Shown here piece after piece: positions 47,642-57,545 of a stretch of 64,000 bases of DNA (positions within the stretch are counted from its first letter, which is position 1; each line of letters starts with the position of its first letter). The DNA comes from an uncultured Planctomycetota bacterium (GTDB lineage: Bacteria; Planctomycetota; Phycisphaerae; SM23-33): NCBI GenBank assembly GCA_903892515.1, contig CAITIS010000067.1, positions 1,347-65,346 on the forward strand, read 5' to 3'. Position numbers and translations under genes: made by a program. The notes below the pieces were generated by a model, which searched no databases, was not told the DNA's origin, and was given only the letters and a program-made list of their open reading frames with translations.

Positions 47642-49693
47642 ATGAGCGACCAACTCTGGATCAATCGGCCTTTCAGCGTCATGGGGCACCTGTTTGACGT
47701 TCACCTGCTGCCCAAAGACCCCAGGGAACAGGTGGCCTTTAAGCGCGGACTGGGCTTTGACAGCGAGCACTGGCTGTCGAGCCTGTTCAAGACCGGCGGC
47801 GACGACGGCAAGCAGTGGCTGCTGAAGACCCGCTACGGCTGCGTCGAGGATCTCCTGAGGCCATACCTCAAGGCCGCCAAGGCCGAGGGGCTGAAGGTCA
47901 TCGTCTACGTCAACGCCCATTGGTACACCAGCGACTTTCCCGCCGAGATGCTGCTGCGCCGCGCCGACGGCTCAGCCGTCACCGGTTACGGCGCCGGCCT
48001 GCTGACCTGCCCAGGCGGGCCATTCCTGAAGTACATGCTGGACCTGGCGGAGGACTTGAGCGAGTATGCCATCGACGGCGTCTTTCTGGACGGCCCAATT
48101 GCCTCGCCGTGCTGGTGCGAGTCCTGCCGCAAGCAGTATCGCGAGCGGTTTGACGCGCACATGCCGGATCAGCCGCGGAATCTCCGCGAGCTGCGCAACG
48201 CTCACCACATGGCGGCTGACAACGTGGCGGAGTTCGTCGGAGCATTTCGCGACACGCTGCGGCGCAAGCAGCCCCAGGCGATCGTCTATCACAATGGCAC
48301 GACGCTGGGCTCGCTGACGTGGTCCAACCAGACCACGATCCGCCGCGCCGACCTGCTGGGCATCGAGGGCGGGTTTATCGGCTATAATCCGCTCAACAAA
48401 CAATTCCTGTATAAGACGGCCGCTACCGGCAAGCTCCTGGAAGCATTGGCCGATGGCAAGCCGGCTGTCATGTTCGACGACCACGCCTTCAAGGTCTACG
48501 ACTATACGCCGCACACGCCGGCGGAACTGGACCTGATGCTGCTGGGCACGCTGACGACCAACGCCAACCCGTGGTTTCTCATCTATTACAGCAACCGCGA
48601 TACGCACGCGCCGGCCGTGGCCAAGCGCTGGAACCAGTTGATCGCAGAGCATCGCGAGGATCGCGCCGACACGCACTCGGCGGAGGAGGCCGCCCTGCTG
48701 TGGTCCGACAGCATGCTGCTGGCCGCCCAGAATAAGGGGCTCAGCGAAGACTCCGTCCACGCCGACGCTTCGACCACGGCCAACCAGTTCGACGTCGACT
48801 ATCACGCTGCGTTCGACGGCGCGTACGAGATGCTAGCGCGATCGGCACTGCCCTTCCGCCTGGCCGTCGAGGACAAGTTGGCGGAGAATCTCAAGGGCGT
48901 AAAGGTGCTGGTGGCGCCCTCTTGTCTGGTGCTGTCGCAGTCGGCCTTCGAGAACGTCAAGGACTTCGTCCACCGCGGCGGCGTGCTGCTGGCGGATGAT
49001 CGCTTTGGGGCGTTCGATGAATTTGGCCAGGCCCGCGACGCCAAGGCCCTGCGCGAACTGCTGGGGCTGGAGTATGGGGCGGACATCCCGTTCGCACAGC
49101 GTGGCATTGATTACATCGCGTCGGATGAAAGCGACGTGCTGGCAGGCATCGCCAAGTCGCCCATTCCCCGGCCAACGCGGGCGGTGCAGGTCCGCCTGCA
49201 AGGCGCCAAGGCATTGGTGTATCTATATAAGCCTCTTACCGGCCGATACGACTACTTGACGGATGTTTCCGACGCACCGGCCGTCACGGAGCACGCCTTT
49301 GGCAAGGGCTTCGTCACGCTGCTGCCGATGAACCTGTTCGAGCATTACGGCCAGTGGCTCTTCGGCGAGCACCGCCAGTTCGTGGATAATCTGCTGCGCC
49401 GGCACTGGCGGCCAAGCGTGGAAGTCGAGGGCCTGCACCAGCGCGGCGAAGTAATGGTTCGGGCCAAGGACGGGGCCTTGCTGGTGAACCTGATAAACTA
49501 CAACGGCTTCCGCCGGCCTTTTGAATACATTCAGCCGCTCAATGATGTCCGCATCGTCGTCCGTGGCCACGAGGTCAAGACCGCCCACGGCCTGGTCGGC
49601 GGCCAAAGCTTGAAGATCGACCATCGCGGCGGCGACAGTGTTGTTCACCTGCCCGAACTGCGCGCCGGCGAAATGGTGATGATGCGGGTGTAA
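47642..49693 (+). CDS. Putative glycoside hydrolase (GH42/GHL6-like) with trimerisation-like domain
   Basis: IDGVFLDGP, CWCESC, C-terminal GATase-like FVHRGG.LL. Confidence 0.7.
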   Translation: MSDQLWINRPFSVMGHLFDVHLLPKDPREQVAFKRGLGFDSEHWLSSLFKTGGDDGKQWLLKTRYGCVEDLLRPYLKAAKAEGLKVIVYVNAHWYTSDFPAEMLLRRADGSAVTGYGAGLLTCPGGPFLKYMLDLAEDLSEYAIDGVFLDGPIASPCWCESCRKQYRERFDAHMPDQPRNLRELRNAHHMAADNVAEFVGAFRDTLRRKQPQAIVYHNGTTLGSLTWSNQTTIRRADLLGIEGGFIGYNPLNKQFLYKTAATGKLLEALADGKPAVMFDDHAFKVYDYTPHTPAELDLMLLGTLTTNANPWFLIYYSNRDTHAPAVAKRWNQLIAEHREDRADTHSAEEAALLWSDSMLLAAQNKGLSEDSVHADASTTANQFDVDYHAAFDGAYEMLARSALPFRLAVEDKLAENLKGVKVLVAPSCLVLSQSAFENVKDFVHRGGVLLADDRFGAFDEFGQARDAKALRELLGLEYGADIPFAQRGIDYIASDESDVLAGIAKSPIPRPTRAVQVRLQGAKALVYLYKPLTGRYDYLTDVSDAPAVTEHAFGKGFVTLLPMNLFEHYGQWLFGEHRQFVDNLLRRHWRPSVEVEGLHQRGEVMVRAKDGALLVNLINYNGFRRPFEYIQPLNDVRIVVRGHEVKTAHGLVGGQSLKIDHRGGDSVVHLPELRAGEMVMMRV

Positions 49694-49716
49694 GCGGACT
49701 TATGTACGTTCCGGAT

Positions 49717-49767
49717 GGTGGAACAGGCCTTCAGCCTGTTCGGCACAGCCTAAAAGGCTGTGCCACC
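49717..49767. repeat. REP doublet
   Basis: Closely related to 60293-60343. Confidence 0.75.
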
Positions 49768-49795
49768 GCCAAAGACTTATGTAGGGCCGCTTAGA

Positions 49796-50296
49796 CTAAA
49801 ACCTGTTGTACCGCACCACGTCCTTGAATTGCGGCTTCTCGGGACGCTTGGCGGCGACGGCCGGCTTGCCCACAGGCGTCAGCGCGATGACGCGCAGGGC
49901 TTCGGGCACGCCCAGCACGCCCTTGACGTAGCTTTCCTGCCGGCGGATCGCCCCTTCGATCCAGCAGCCGGCGTAGCCCAGGGCCACGATGGCCAGCAGC
50001 ATGTTCTCCATGGCTGCGGCCGCGTCCTGCTGCCAGAACTCGCCATGCGGCGTAGGCTTGGGATCGACCACCAGCACGACGGCCGCCGTGGCGCCGGTCA
50101 TCGCCTTGCTGACCGAGTCGAGCTTGGCCATGACGGCGGGATCGTCGACGATGATGTACTGTTTGAACTGGGCGTTGCAGCCCGTCGGGGCTTCGATGCC
50201 GGCCTGGACGATCCTATCCAGCACCGCGCGCGGCACCGGCTCGCTGGTGTATTGCCTGACGCTGCGACGACTGTTGATGACGTCAAAGAATTCCAT
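49796..50296 (-). CDS. Nitroreductase family protein
   Basis: RRSVRQY, APTGCN.Q, QDAAAAMENMLL, GCWI. Confidence 0.9.
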   Translation of the reverse strand: MEFFDVINSRRSVRQYTSEPVPRAVLDRIVQAGIEAPTGCNAQFKQYIIVDDPAVMAKLDSVSKAMTGATAAVVLVVDPKPTPHGEFWQQDAAAAMENMLLAIVALGYAGCWIEGAIRRQESYVKGVLGVPEALRVIALTPVGKPAVAAKRPEKPQFKDVVRYNRF

Positions 50297-50356
50297 GTAA
50301 ACTCCCTTTCAAATCGGCCTGCTGGCGCAGCTTTCGAGCCGGCGTGAATGATATCC

Positions 50357-50392
50357 TCGCGTGGCCGCTGGACGCCGCGGCCACGGCACCCG
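50357..50392. repeat. 36-nt REP identical to 60248-60283
   Basis: tcgcgtggccgctggacgccgcggccacggcacccg. Confidence 0.85.
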
Positions 50393-50407
50393 CGCTACAC
50401 GTTTGCC

Positions 50408-51088
50408 TCACACTGGAATCGCCGCGCCGGTGACCGCGTTGGCGGCGTCGGAAGCCAGAAACGCGATTACTTCGGCGATGTCCCGCGGCCTGGTCCACTT
50501 GGAAAAGTCGGCCTTGGGCATCGCCTGGCGATTGGCCGGCGTGTCGATCGTGCCGGGAAGAACGGCGTTGACGGTGATCATCTGCTCGGCCAATTCCTTG
50601 GCCAACGCGCCCGTCAAGGCCACCACAGCCGCCTTGGACGCGGCATAGCAGCTCATGCCCGACGCCGGCGCTGTCGCCCGCTGACTGGCGACGTTGATGA
50701 TCCGCCCGCCGCCCTGGCCTGTCATGAGCCTGGCCCCCTGCCGACAGCACAGCCAGCAGGTCCGCAGGTTCATCGAGAGCATCTTCTCCAGGTCGGCCAA
50801 GCTGCTTTGGGCGATGGGCCCAGACAGGAACCCGCCGGCCACATTGGCCACGATATCCAGCCGGCCATGGCGGTCGCGGACCTCCGCAAACACCCGTTCA
50901 ACCGCCGACTCGTCGGAGAGGTCCGCCTGGTGAAAGAAAACATTCACCCCGACGGCGTCCGGTTGGCCGTAATGGTAAATGCCGTGGACGATGGCCCCAT
51001 CGGCGACGAAGCGTTCGATGACGGCCCGGCCCAGGCTGCCGCCGGCGCCCGTGACGAACGATATCTTGTTTTCCAAGCTCGGACGCAT
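50408..51088 (-). CDS. SDR family oxidoreductase
   Basis: TGAGGSLG, YAASK, PGTIDTP. Confidence 0.9.
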   Translation of the reverse strand: MRPSLENKISFVTGAGGSLGRAVIERFVADGAIVHGIYHYGQPDAVGVNVFFHQADLSDESAVERVFAEVRDRHGRLDIVANVAGGFLSGPIAQSSLADLEKMLSMNLRTCWLCCRQGARLMTGQGGGRIINVASQRATAPASGMSCYAASKAAVVALTGALAKELAEQMITVNAVLPGTIDTPANRQAMPKADFSKWTRPRDIAEVIAFLASDAANAVTGAAIPV

Positions 51089-51302
51089 AAGATAGTTGCT
51101 CCGTTGCGCCGGTGACTGTGCTTGCCCAGGCAAAGCCAGCATCGGCGGTGCGGCCAGGCCGCATTCAAGGTTGCGTGAGCTTGCGGCCTGAACGATTATC
51201 GGCTCGACCGGGTTGCGTAGGTCAGTAAACGTCTGGCCGCCCGCGAGTTGAGAAGACGAAAAGCTTTCAATCGCCGTCGGCGTTATCGTAAGATTTTAGG
51301 CA

Positions 51303-54300
51303 ATGAAGGTGGACTCAAGATTCCTCACCAGCCAGGGGCCGGAGATCTTTACCGGCAACGAACTGTTGGTCAAAGGCGCCCTGGAGGCCCAGGGCGGCAT
51401 GCATCTGCTGGGCGGCTACCCGGGCTCGCCCGTGGCGGGCTTCTTTGATGCGCTCTCCCAGATCAAAGACCTGCTTACCGAAAAGGGCATCCGCGCCGTC
51501 ATAAACAATAACGAGGCACTCTCCGGGGCCATGCTCAATGGCAGCCAGCTTCTGGGCTGCCGGGCAATGATCGTCATGAAGTCCGTGGGCGTGCACGTGG
51601 CCGCCGATGCGCTGGCGTTGGGCAACCTGGCCGGGGCGCATCCCGACGGCGGGGCCATCCTCGTCTGCGGCGACGATCCCTGGAGCGACTCCACCCAGGT
51701 GCCCGCCGACAGCCGGTACATCTGCAAGCACCTGCACATGCCCGTCATCGAGCCGGCCACGGCGCAGGACGTAAAGGACTACGTCGATCTGTCGCTGCGG
51801 GTTTCGCGAGAGGCCGAGTTGTACGCGGGCTATCTCATCACCACCAACCTCGCCGATGGCGGCGGCACCGTGCAATGCCGGCCTAACCAGTTTCCAACTT
51901 TCAGCACCCGCCAGCAGTTGGCGATGAAGACCGACGAGATCAACCTGAACAAATACGTCCTGCTGCCGCCGCGAACATGGTGGCAGGAGGCATCGCTGCC
52001 GGCGCGGTTTGCTCGCGCCATGGCCACCGCCCGGCGCACCGGCATGAACCAGCTGCTCTTTGGCGGCGGCGGGAAGAAGAAGCCGCTGGGCTTTGTCGCC
52101 AGCGGGCTGGCTTTTAGCTATCTTCAGCAAGCACTGGGCGAGATGGACCTGCTGGGCGAATTCCCCATCGTCAAGTTCGGCCTGAGCTATCCCATCGACC
52201 CGCAGATGGTGCGCGAGTTGGCGCAGCAGTGCGACCGCATCATCGTCGTGGAAGAGCGCCGCGGCTTCATGGAAGAGCAGATCGGCCAGGTCATTCTGCG
52301 CGACCGCCAGGAAGGCGCCGACACGGGCAATGTCGAGCTTTGGGGCAAGAAGTTTCCGGGCAACCTGCCGGGCTTCCCGGAACGGCTGGGCCTGCATCCC
52401 TCGCTCGTCATCGAGACGCTGGGCAGGTTGATGGATCATCTGGCCAAGCGCGGCCAGTTAGGCAGCTCCGGCGAAGCCTCCTCCAAGCGCGAGGTCGAGA
52501 GCATCCAGGCCACCGGTCGCGCCGAGTTCGGCGCCACCCCGCCACGGCTGCCCAGTTTCTGCCCCGGCTGCCCGCACCGCGACAGCGCCAGCCTGTGCCT
52601 GGAAATCAAGAAATCCTTCGCCGACGAACTCTACATGCGGCGGATGCACAAGCGTGGGGCCGTGGACCTGGTCTTCCACGGCGACACCGGCTGCTACACG
52701 ATGCTGATGTTCCCGCCCAACACGCCGCTGATGCACAATTATTCCGGCATGGGGCTGGGCGCCGGCACCGGCTCGGGCATCGACCCGTTCGTCACCAACA
52801 AGCAAGTCGTCTTCATGGGCGACTCGACCTTCTTCCACTCCGGCCAGATCGGGATTTCGCAGGCCATCAAGCTGGGCCAGGACATCACCTTCATCATCCT
52901 GGACAACCGCACCACGGCCATGACGGGCCACCAGCCCACCCCGGGCGTCGACTACGACATTCTGGGCAACTCCACGGCCGCTCAGAGCATCGACGACATC
53001 GTCCGCGGCATGAGCATCGATGGCACCTTGCCAGTGGTGCGCGTCTCGCCGGAACGACGAACCGAGTACCGCCGGCTGCTGGAGCAGACGTTTCTCTCCG
53101 ACGGCGTGAAGATCATCATCGCCGACAAGGAGTGCGGCATCACGCGCACACGGCGGCGGCGCAGGGCCGAGCGGCAGGTCATCCGCAACACGGGATTCCT
53201 TCCCGCCTGGGAGCACATGAATGTCAACCAGGACATCTGTAACTTCTGCCTGGACTGTTCGCGGCTGACCGGCTGCCCTGGCCTTAAGCACGTCCAGACC
53301 GACTACGGCCTGAAGACCGACACCGACCTGACCTGGTGCGTCAACGACGGCGCGTGCGAACGCATCGGCAGTTGCTCGGCCTTCGAGCACGTGACGATCA
53401 AGCGCAAGGCCGCCCCGCGATCCAGGGTTCCCGAACTGAACCTCGACGCGATTCCCGAACCGGCCCTGCCGCCCATGCCCGAAAGCGGGCTGTGGCGCTG
53501 CTGCCTGGTGGGCGTGGGCGGCATGGGCATCGGCCTGGCCACACAGGTGCTGGTCCGCGCCGGCCACAAGCAAGGCCTGGAGGTCACCTTCTACGACAAG
53601 AAGGGCCTGGCCATTCGCAACGGCGGCACTATCAGCCACGTGACTTACGCCTCTGGCTCGACCAAGCCCGTGACAGCGGTGATTCCCTTCGGCAAGGCTG
53701 ACCTGCTGCTGGGCATGGACGTGCTGGAGGCCGCCAGGGCTGTCGATCCCGAATCGCGCAGCCGGATCGCTTCGCCCGAGCGAACCGCCGCGGTCATCAA
53801 CACCGATAAAATTTCGACCATCAGCGGGCTCATCAATGGCCGGGACTTTGACGTCGAAGGGCTCGACCAGGTTATTCGGCGGCACACCCGGCCCAACGAG
53901 ACGTTCACGCGCAACATTGGCCGGCTGTGCGAAAAGTATCTCGGCAACAAGCTGTACACGAACATCATGCTGCTGGGGCTGGCCTTCCAGAAAGGCCTGA
54001 TCCCCGTTTCGCTGCACTCGATGGCCTGGGCCATCAAGGACACCATCAAGGCCGACTTCCGCAAGAACATGTATGCGTTCAACATTGGGCGCAAGCTCAT
54101 GGTCGAGCCGGCGCTCTTCCAAGGCCCGCCCAAGCGCACCGGCTGGCGCGAGACCCTGGAAGACAAGTGCCGCCACACGATCCGCCGCTACGGACGCGGG
54201 CAGGTCATGGCCGAGTCGCTGCGACAGATGGCGGCCGAAGTGGTCGGCAGGATGGACACGCTGGATGAGTCCGTCAAACGCGACGTGATCGTTCGCCTGT

Positions 54301-56048
54301 ACGACTGCATGCGCTGGGGCGGCCTGGAGTACGCCCGGCGCTACGCCGACGCCATCGCGTCCGTCCACGAGCAGGAAACCCGCGGCATCGTCACCTGCGG
54401 CTTAGAGCAGTACGGCGCCAAGCTGCCGGCCACGCGGGCCGTCATCGACAACTTGGCCAAAGCGATGCTCATCAAGGACATCGTTTTCATCGCCGAGCTG
54501 GCCACCAGCCCCGAAAAGTACGCCCGCGACCGCGAGAAGTACAACGTCAACCCGCCCTCGGGCGACCGCATCGTGTATCGCCACCTGCTGCACCCCGACA
54601 TTCACCTGTTCGGCAAGACCTTCCGTCCCAGCTTGATCGCCCCGCACTGGGTGATGCAACTGGCCAAGCGGATGACGTTCCTGCGCAAGGGCAGGAACTG
54701 GCGGCGGCGCGAGCGCGAGTTCCTGGCCCTGTACGAGCAGCGGATCGCCAACTTCCACTTCGGCAGCGTCGAGCAGTATCACCAGGCCGTCGCCCGCCTG
54801 TCCGAGCCGCAGTGCATGCAGTGCCTGACGCCGCACTGCCAGGACCAAGGCTGCCCACTGCACAGCGAGATCGACGGCTGGATGGAACTGGCTCGCCAGG
54901 GCAAGTGGAAAGAGGCCTCCGACCTGCTGCACAAGTACAACAACTTCCCCGAGTTCACGGCCTACATCTGCCCGGCGGCGTGCGAGTCGGCGTGCCGGCA
55001 GGCATTGAGCGGGTATCCCGTGCGCATTCAGAAGGTCGAGCGAGAGATCATCGAGCGGGCTTGGCAGGACGGCTTCGTGCAGCCTCAGCGGCCGACGGAA
55101 AAGACCGGCAAGAAGGTCGCTGTCATCGGCTCAGGCCCAGCCGGCTTGGCGGCAGCGCAACAACTGGTTCGGCGCGGACACCAGGTCGTCGTGTATGAAA
55201 AGGACTCTCAGCCTGGCGGGCTGTTGCGCTACGGCGTGCCGGAATTCCGCCTGCCCAAGAAGATGCTCGACCGCCGCTTGGAACAGATGATTTCCGAAGG
55301 CGTCAATTTCGAGGTCGGGCTGGCCATCGGCAAGGACACGCCGCTGGGCGAACTGCGGAAGCAGTACGATGCGGTGTTGCTGGCCGGCGGAGCGGCCAGG
55401 CCGAGGGATCTGCGCGTCGCGGGCCGGGAGAATAGCTCAGCCGTGCAGTACGCCATGGACTTCCTGCGGCAGGCCAACCTGGCCGTCGCGGGCAAGACCG
55501 ATGCCAAGACCACCTCGGCCGCCGGCAGGACCGTCGCGGTCATCGGCGGCGGCGAGACCGGCAACGACTGCGTGGAGATGGCCCTGTCGCAAGGGGCCAA
55601 GAAGGTCTACCAGCTCGAGATCATGCCCGCGTCCAATGGCCAGGCGGCCAGCGACCTGGAGGGCAGGATCGAGCGGCGTTGGTGCGTGGCCACCACGCAG
55701 ATCCATTCCAACGGCCAGGGCGTCCGGCTGTCGGGCGTGCAGGTTCGTTGGCTGTTCACGGCGGCTGGGCGGCAACACGTCCAAACGCCCGGCACGGAGT
55801 TTGAACTCAGCGCCGACCTGGTGCTGCTGGCCCTGGGCTTCGACGCCCCCGCCGATCCGGCCATGGTGGAACAACTGGGCCTAAAGACCGACGAGGCCGG
55901 GCGGCTCGTCGTCAACGAATTCTCGACCAGCGCTGCCGGCGTGTTCGTGGCCGGCGATCTGGCCTCAGGCGCCAGCTTAGTGGCAAAGGCCATCGACTCA
56001 GGCCGAAGAGCGGCCGAGCACGTCGATCAGTTTCTGCGGCGGGCGTAG
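51303..56048 (+). CDS. Single-chain indolepyruvate-type 2-oxoacid oxidoreductase fused to a GltD-like FAD/NAD(P) domain
   Basis: GYPGSP, FCPGCPH, GDTGCY, GDSTFFHSG..NRTTAMTG, FeS Cys clusters, GVGGMG; then CMQC..PHC..GCP, NNFPEFT..ICP..CE..C, IGSGPAG, IGGG.TG.DC, FVAGD. Confidence 0.88.
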   Translation: MKVDSRFLTSQGPEIFTGNELLVKGALEAQGGMHLLGGYPGSPVAGFFDALSQIKDLLTEKGIRAVINNNEALSGAMLNGSQLLGCRAMIVMKSVGVHVAADALALGNLAGAHPDGGAILVCGDDPWSDSTQVPADSRYICKHLHMPVIEPATAQDVKDYVDLSLRVSREAELYAGYLITTNLADGGGTVQCRPNQFPTFSTRQQLAMKTDEINLNKYVLLPPRTWWQEASLPARFARAMATARRTGMNQLLFGGGGKKKPLGFVASGLAFSYLQQALGEMDLLGEFPIVKFGLSYPIDPQMVRELAQQCDRIIVVEERRGFMEEQIGQVILRDRQEGADTGNVELWGKKFPGNLPGFPERLGLHPSLVIETLGRLMDHLAKRGQLGSSGEASSKREVESIQATGRAEFGATPPRLPSFCPGCPHRDSASLCLEIKKSFADELYMRRMHKRGAVDLVFHGDTGCYTMLMFPPNTPLMHNYSGMGLGAGTGSGIDPFVTNKQVVFMGDSTFFHSGQIGISQAIKLGQDITFIILDNRTTAMTGHQPTPGVDYDILGNSTAAQSIDDIVRGMSIDGTLPVVRVSPERRTEYRRLLEQTFLSDGVKIIIADKECGITRTRRRRRAERQVIRNTGFLPAWEHMNVNQDICNFCLDCSRLTGCPGLKHVQTDYGLKTDTDLTWCVNDGACERIGSCSAFEHVTIKRKAAPRSRVPELNLDAIPEPALPPMPESGLWRCCLVGVGGMGIGLATQVLVRAGHKQGLEVTFYDKKGLAIRNGGTISHVTYASGSTKPVTAVIPFGKADLLLGMDVLEAARAVDPESRSRIASPERTAAVINTDKISTISGLINGRDFDVEGLDQVIRRHTRPNETFTRNIGRLCEKYLGNKLYTNIMLLGLAFQKGLIPVSLHSMAWAIKDTIKADFRKNMYAFNIGRKLMVEPALFQGPPKRTGWRETLEDKCRHTIRRYGRGQVMAESLRQMAAEVVGRMDTLDESVKRDVIVRLYDCMRWGGLEYARRYADAIASVHEQETRGIVTCGLEQYGAKLPATRAVIDNLAKAMLIKDIVFIAELATSPEKYARDREKYNVNPPSGDRIVYRHLLHPDIHLFGKTFRPSLIAPHWVMQLAKRMTFLRKGRNWRRREREFLALYEQRIANFHFGSVEQYHQAVARLSEPQCMQCLTPHCQDQGCPLHSEIDGWMELARQGKWKEASDLLHKYNNFPEFTAYICPAACESACRQALSGYPVRIQKVEREIIERAWQDGFVQPQRPTEKTGKKVAVIGSGPAGLAAAQQLVRRGHQVVVYEKDSQPGGLLRYGVPEFRLPKKMLDRRLEQMISEGVNFEVGLAIGKDTPLGELRKQYDAVLLAGGAARPRDLRVAGRENSSAVQYAMDFLRQANLAVAGKTDAKTTSAAGRTVAVIGGGETGNDCVEMALSQGAKKVYQLEIMPASNGQAASDLEGRIERRWCVATTQIHSNGQGVRLSGVQVRWLFTAAGRQHVQTPGTEFELSADLVLLALGFDAPADPAMVEQLGLKTDEAGRLVVNEFSTSAAGVFVAGDLASGASLVAKAIDSGRRAAEHVDQFLRRA

Positions 56049-56171
56049 CGGACGCCACGGGTGCGGCGCATGCGCCGTGCCGCAGCGGGCACACGCCACA
56101 GTCTGGCATCGCGTGCAACAAGAGCGGCCTCACTTCTTCCCAAAGCCTGTTCGCACTCCTATCCTGTTGAT

Positions 56172-56825
56172 ATGCCCACAGAACCTCAGCCGCAGCGAAA
56201 GACGCGCACAGCCAGGATTATCGCCCTGCTGAAGAAGCGGTTCCCTGACGCCAAGATCGCCCTGAACTTCTCCAACCCATTGGAATTGCTGGTGGCGACG
56301 ATCCTGTCGGCGCAGTGCACCGACGTGCGGGTCAACGTGGTCACGCCGGCGCTGTTCAAGAAGTACCGCTGGGCCCGGGACTTCGCCCGCGCCGATTTGG
56401 AGACGCTGCAAGAGGAAGTCCGCAGCACGGGCTTCTTTCGCAACAAGGCCAAGAGCATCAAGTCGGCTGCGACGCGGATCGTCGAGGCATACGACGGCCA
56501 GGTGCCCGAGACGATGGAAGAGCTGCTGACGCTCTCGGGCGTCGCCCGCAAGACGGCCAATGTGGTACTGGGCAACGCCTTCGGCAAGAACGAGGGCGTG
56601 GTGGTGGATACGCACGTCCGTCGCCTGTCGCAGCGGCTTGGTCTGACGAAGCACGACGACCCCGAGAAGATCGAGCAGGATCTCATGCAACTCGTGCCGC
56701 GCAGGCAATGGGCCGACTTCGCCCACCTGATGATCTTTCATGGCCGGAACATCTGCTTCGCCCGCAAGCCAAACTGCGCCGAATGCCCGCTGAACAAGCT
56801 CTGCCCCTCGGCCTTCAAGGTTTGA
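56172..56825 (+). CDS. nth: Endonuclease III
   Basis: LLVATILSAQCTD, GVARKTANVV, VDTHV, C..RKPNC..CPL...C. Confidence 0.96.
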   Translation: MPTEPQPQRKTRTARIIALLKKRFPDAKIALNFSNPLELLVATILSAQCTDVRVNVVTPALFKKYRWARDFARADLETLQEEVRSTGFFRNKAKSIKSAATRIVEAYDGQVPETMEELLTLSGVARKTANVVLGNAFGKNEGVVVDTHVRRLSQRLGLTKHDDPEKIEQDLMQLVPRRQWADFAHLMIFHGRNICFARKPNCAECPLNKLCPSAFKV

Positions 56826-56837
56826 GGGCAAAGAACT

Positions 56838-56950
56838 TTAGCAGGGATGCTGGGGATACAGGGGATGAAGGCATTTCGGTTCAACGCATGTACGGAACTG
56901 CATTTATAAAGCAATGTCTTTATCCCATGCATCCCCAGCATCCCTGCTAA
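56838..56950. repeat. REP-like inverted repeat with 9-nt periodicity
   Basis: ttagcagggatgctggggat ... atccccagcatccctgctaa. Confidence 0.8.
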
Positions 56951-56953
56951 CAC

Positions 56954-57397
56954 CTATTTGTTTTCCAACAGTTCCAGCACGAGCTTGAGTTTCTTGGTGG
57001 CGTCCACGTAGGCGTACTGGCCGCCGGTGTAGTCGCCGCGCTGGACGGTCGGGCAGCCTTGGCTGTCCAGTTGGGCCAGCGTGTTGTCCATGCCGCTGAC
57101 CATGAAGGCGATGTGGTGCATGCCTTCGCCCCTTGAGTCCAGCACTTCCTGCCACGTGCTGGGGCCGCCGATGGGCTCGATAAGTTCCAGCACGACCTGG
57201 CCCATGTTGAAGAACGCCAGCTTCGCCCGGCCTTCGGTCGGCTTGCCGTGGTAGCGCGTGTGGGCTTTTTCCAACGGGTCGGTGATGACGACCTCCGGCA
57301 CGGCCAGGCCGAAGATTTCGGCGTAGTCGCGGGCGGTCTTTTCGATGTCCTTCACGACGACGGCGACTTGGCAGACGATGTTGTTTCCGACAGGCAT
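56954..57397 (-). CDS. VOC/glyoxalase family protein
   Basis: QVAVVVKDIE, LELIEP, GEGMHHIAF, LELLE. Confidence 0.88.
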   Translation of the reverse strand: MPVGNNIVCQVAVVVKDIEKTARDYAEIFGLAVPEVVITDPLEKAHTRYHGKPTEGRAKLAFFNMGQVVLELIEPIGGPSTWQEVLDSRGEGMHHIAFMVSGMDNTLAQLDSQGCPTVQRGDYTGGQYAYVDATKKLKLVLELLENK

Positions 57398-57545
57398 TGG
57401 TGGCTCCGAAAAGTTTGGTCGTTACCGGCTTTAACGCCCGTCAGCATCACGGAAAGATCGCGATTTCGCAAGCGGCGGCTGGGAATTCCTGAGGCCAAAC
57501 CGACTTTCCTTTGACTTGCCTGGCTAGGCCCTCGTAAATGATTCA

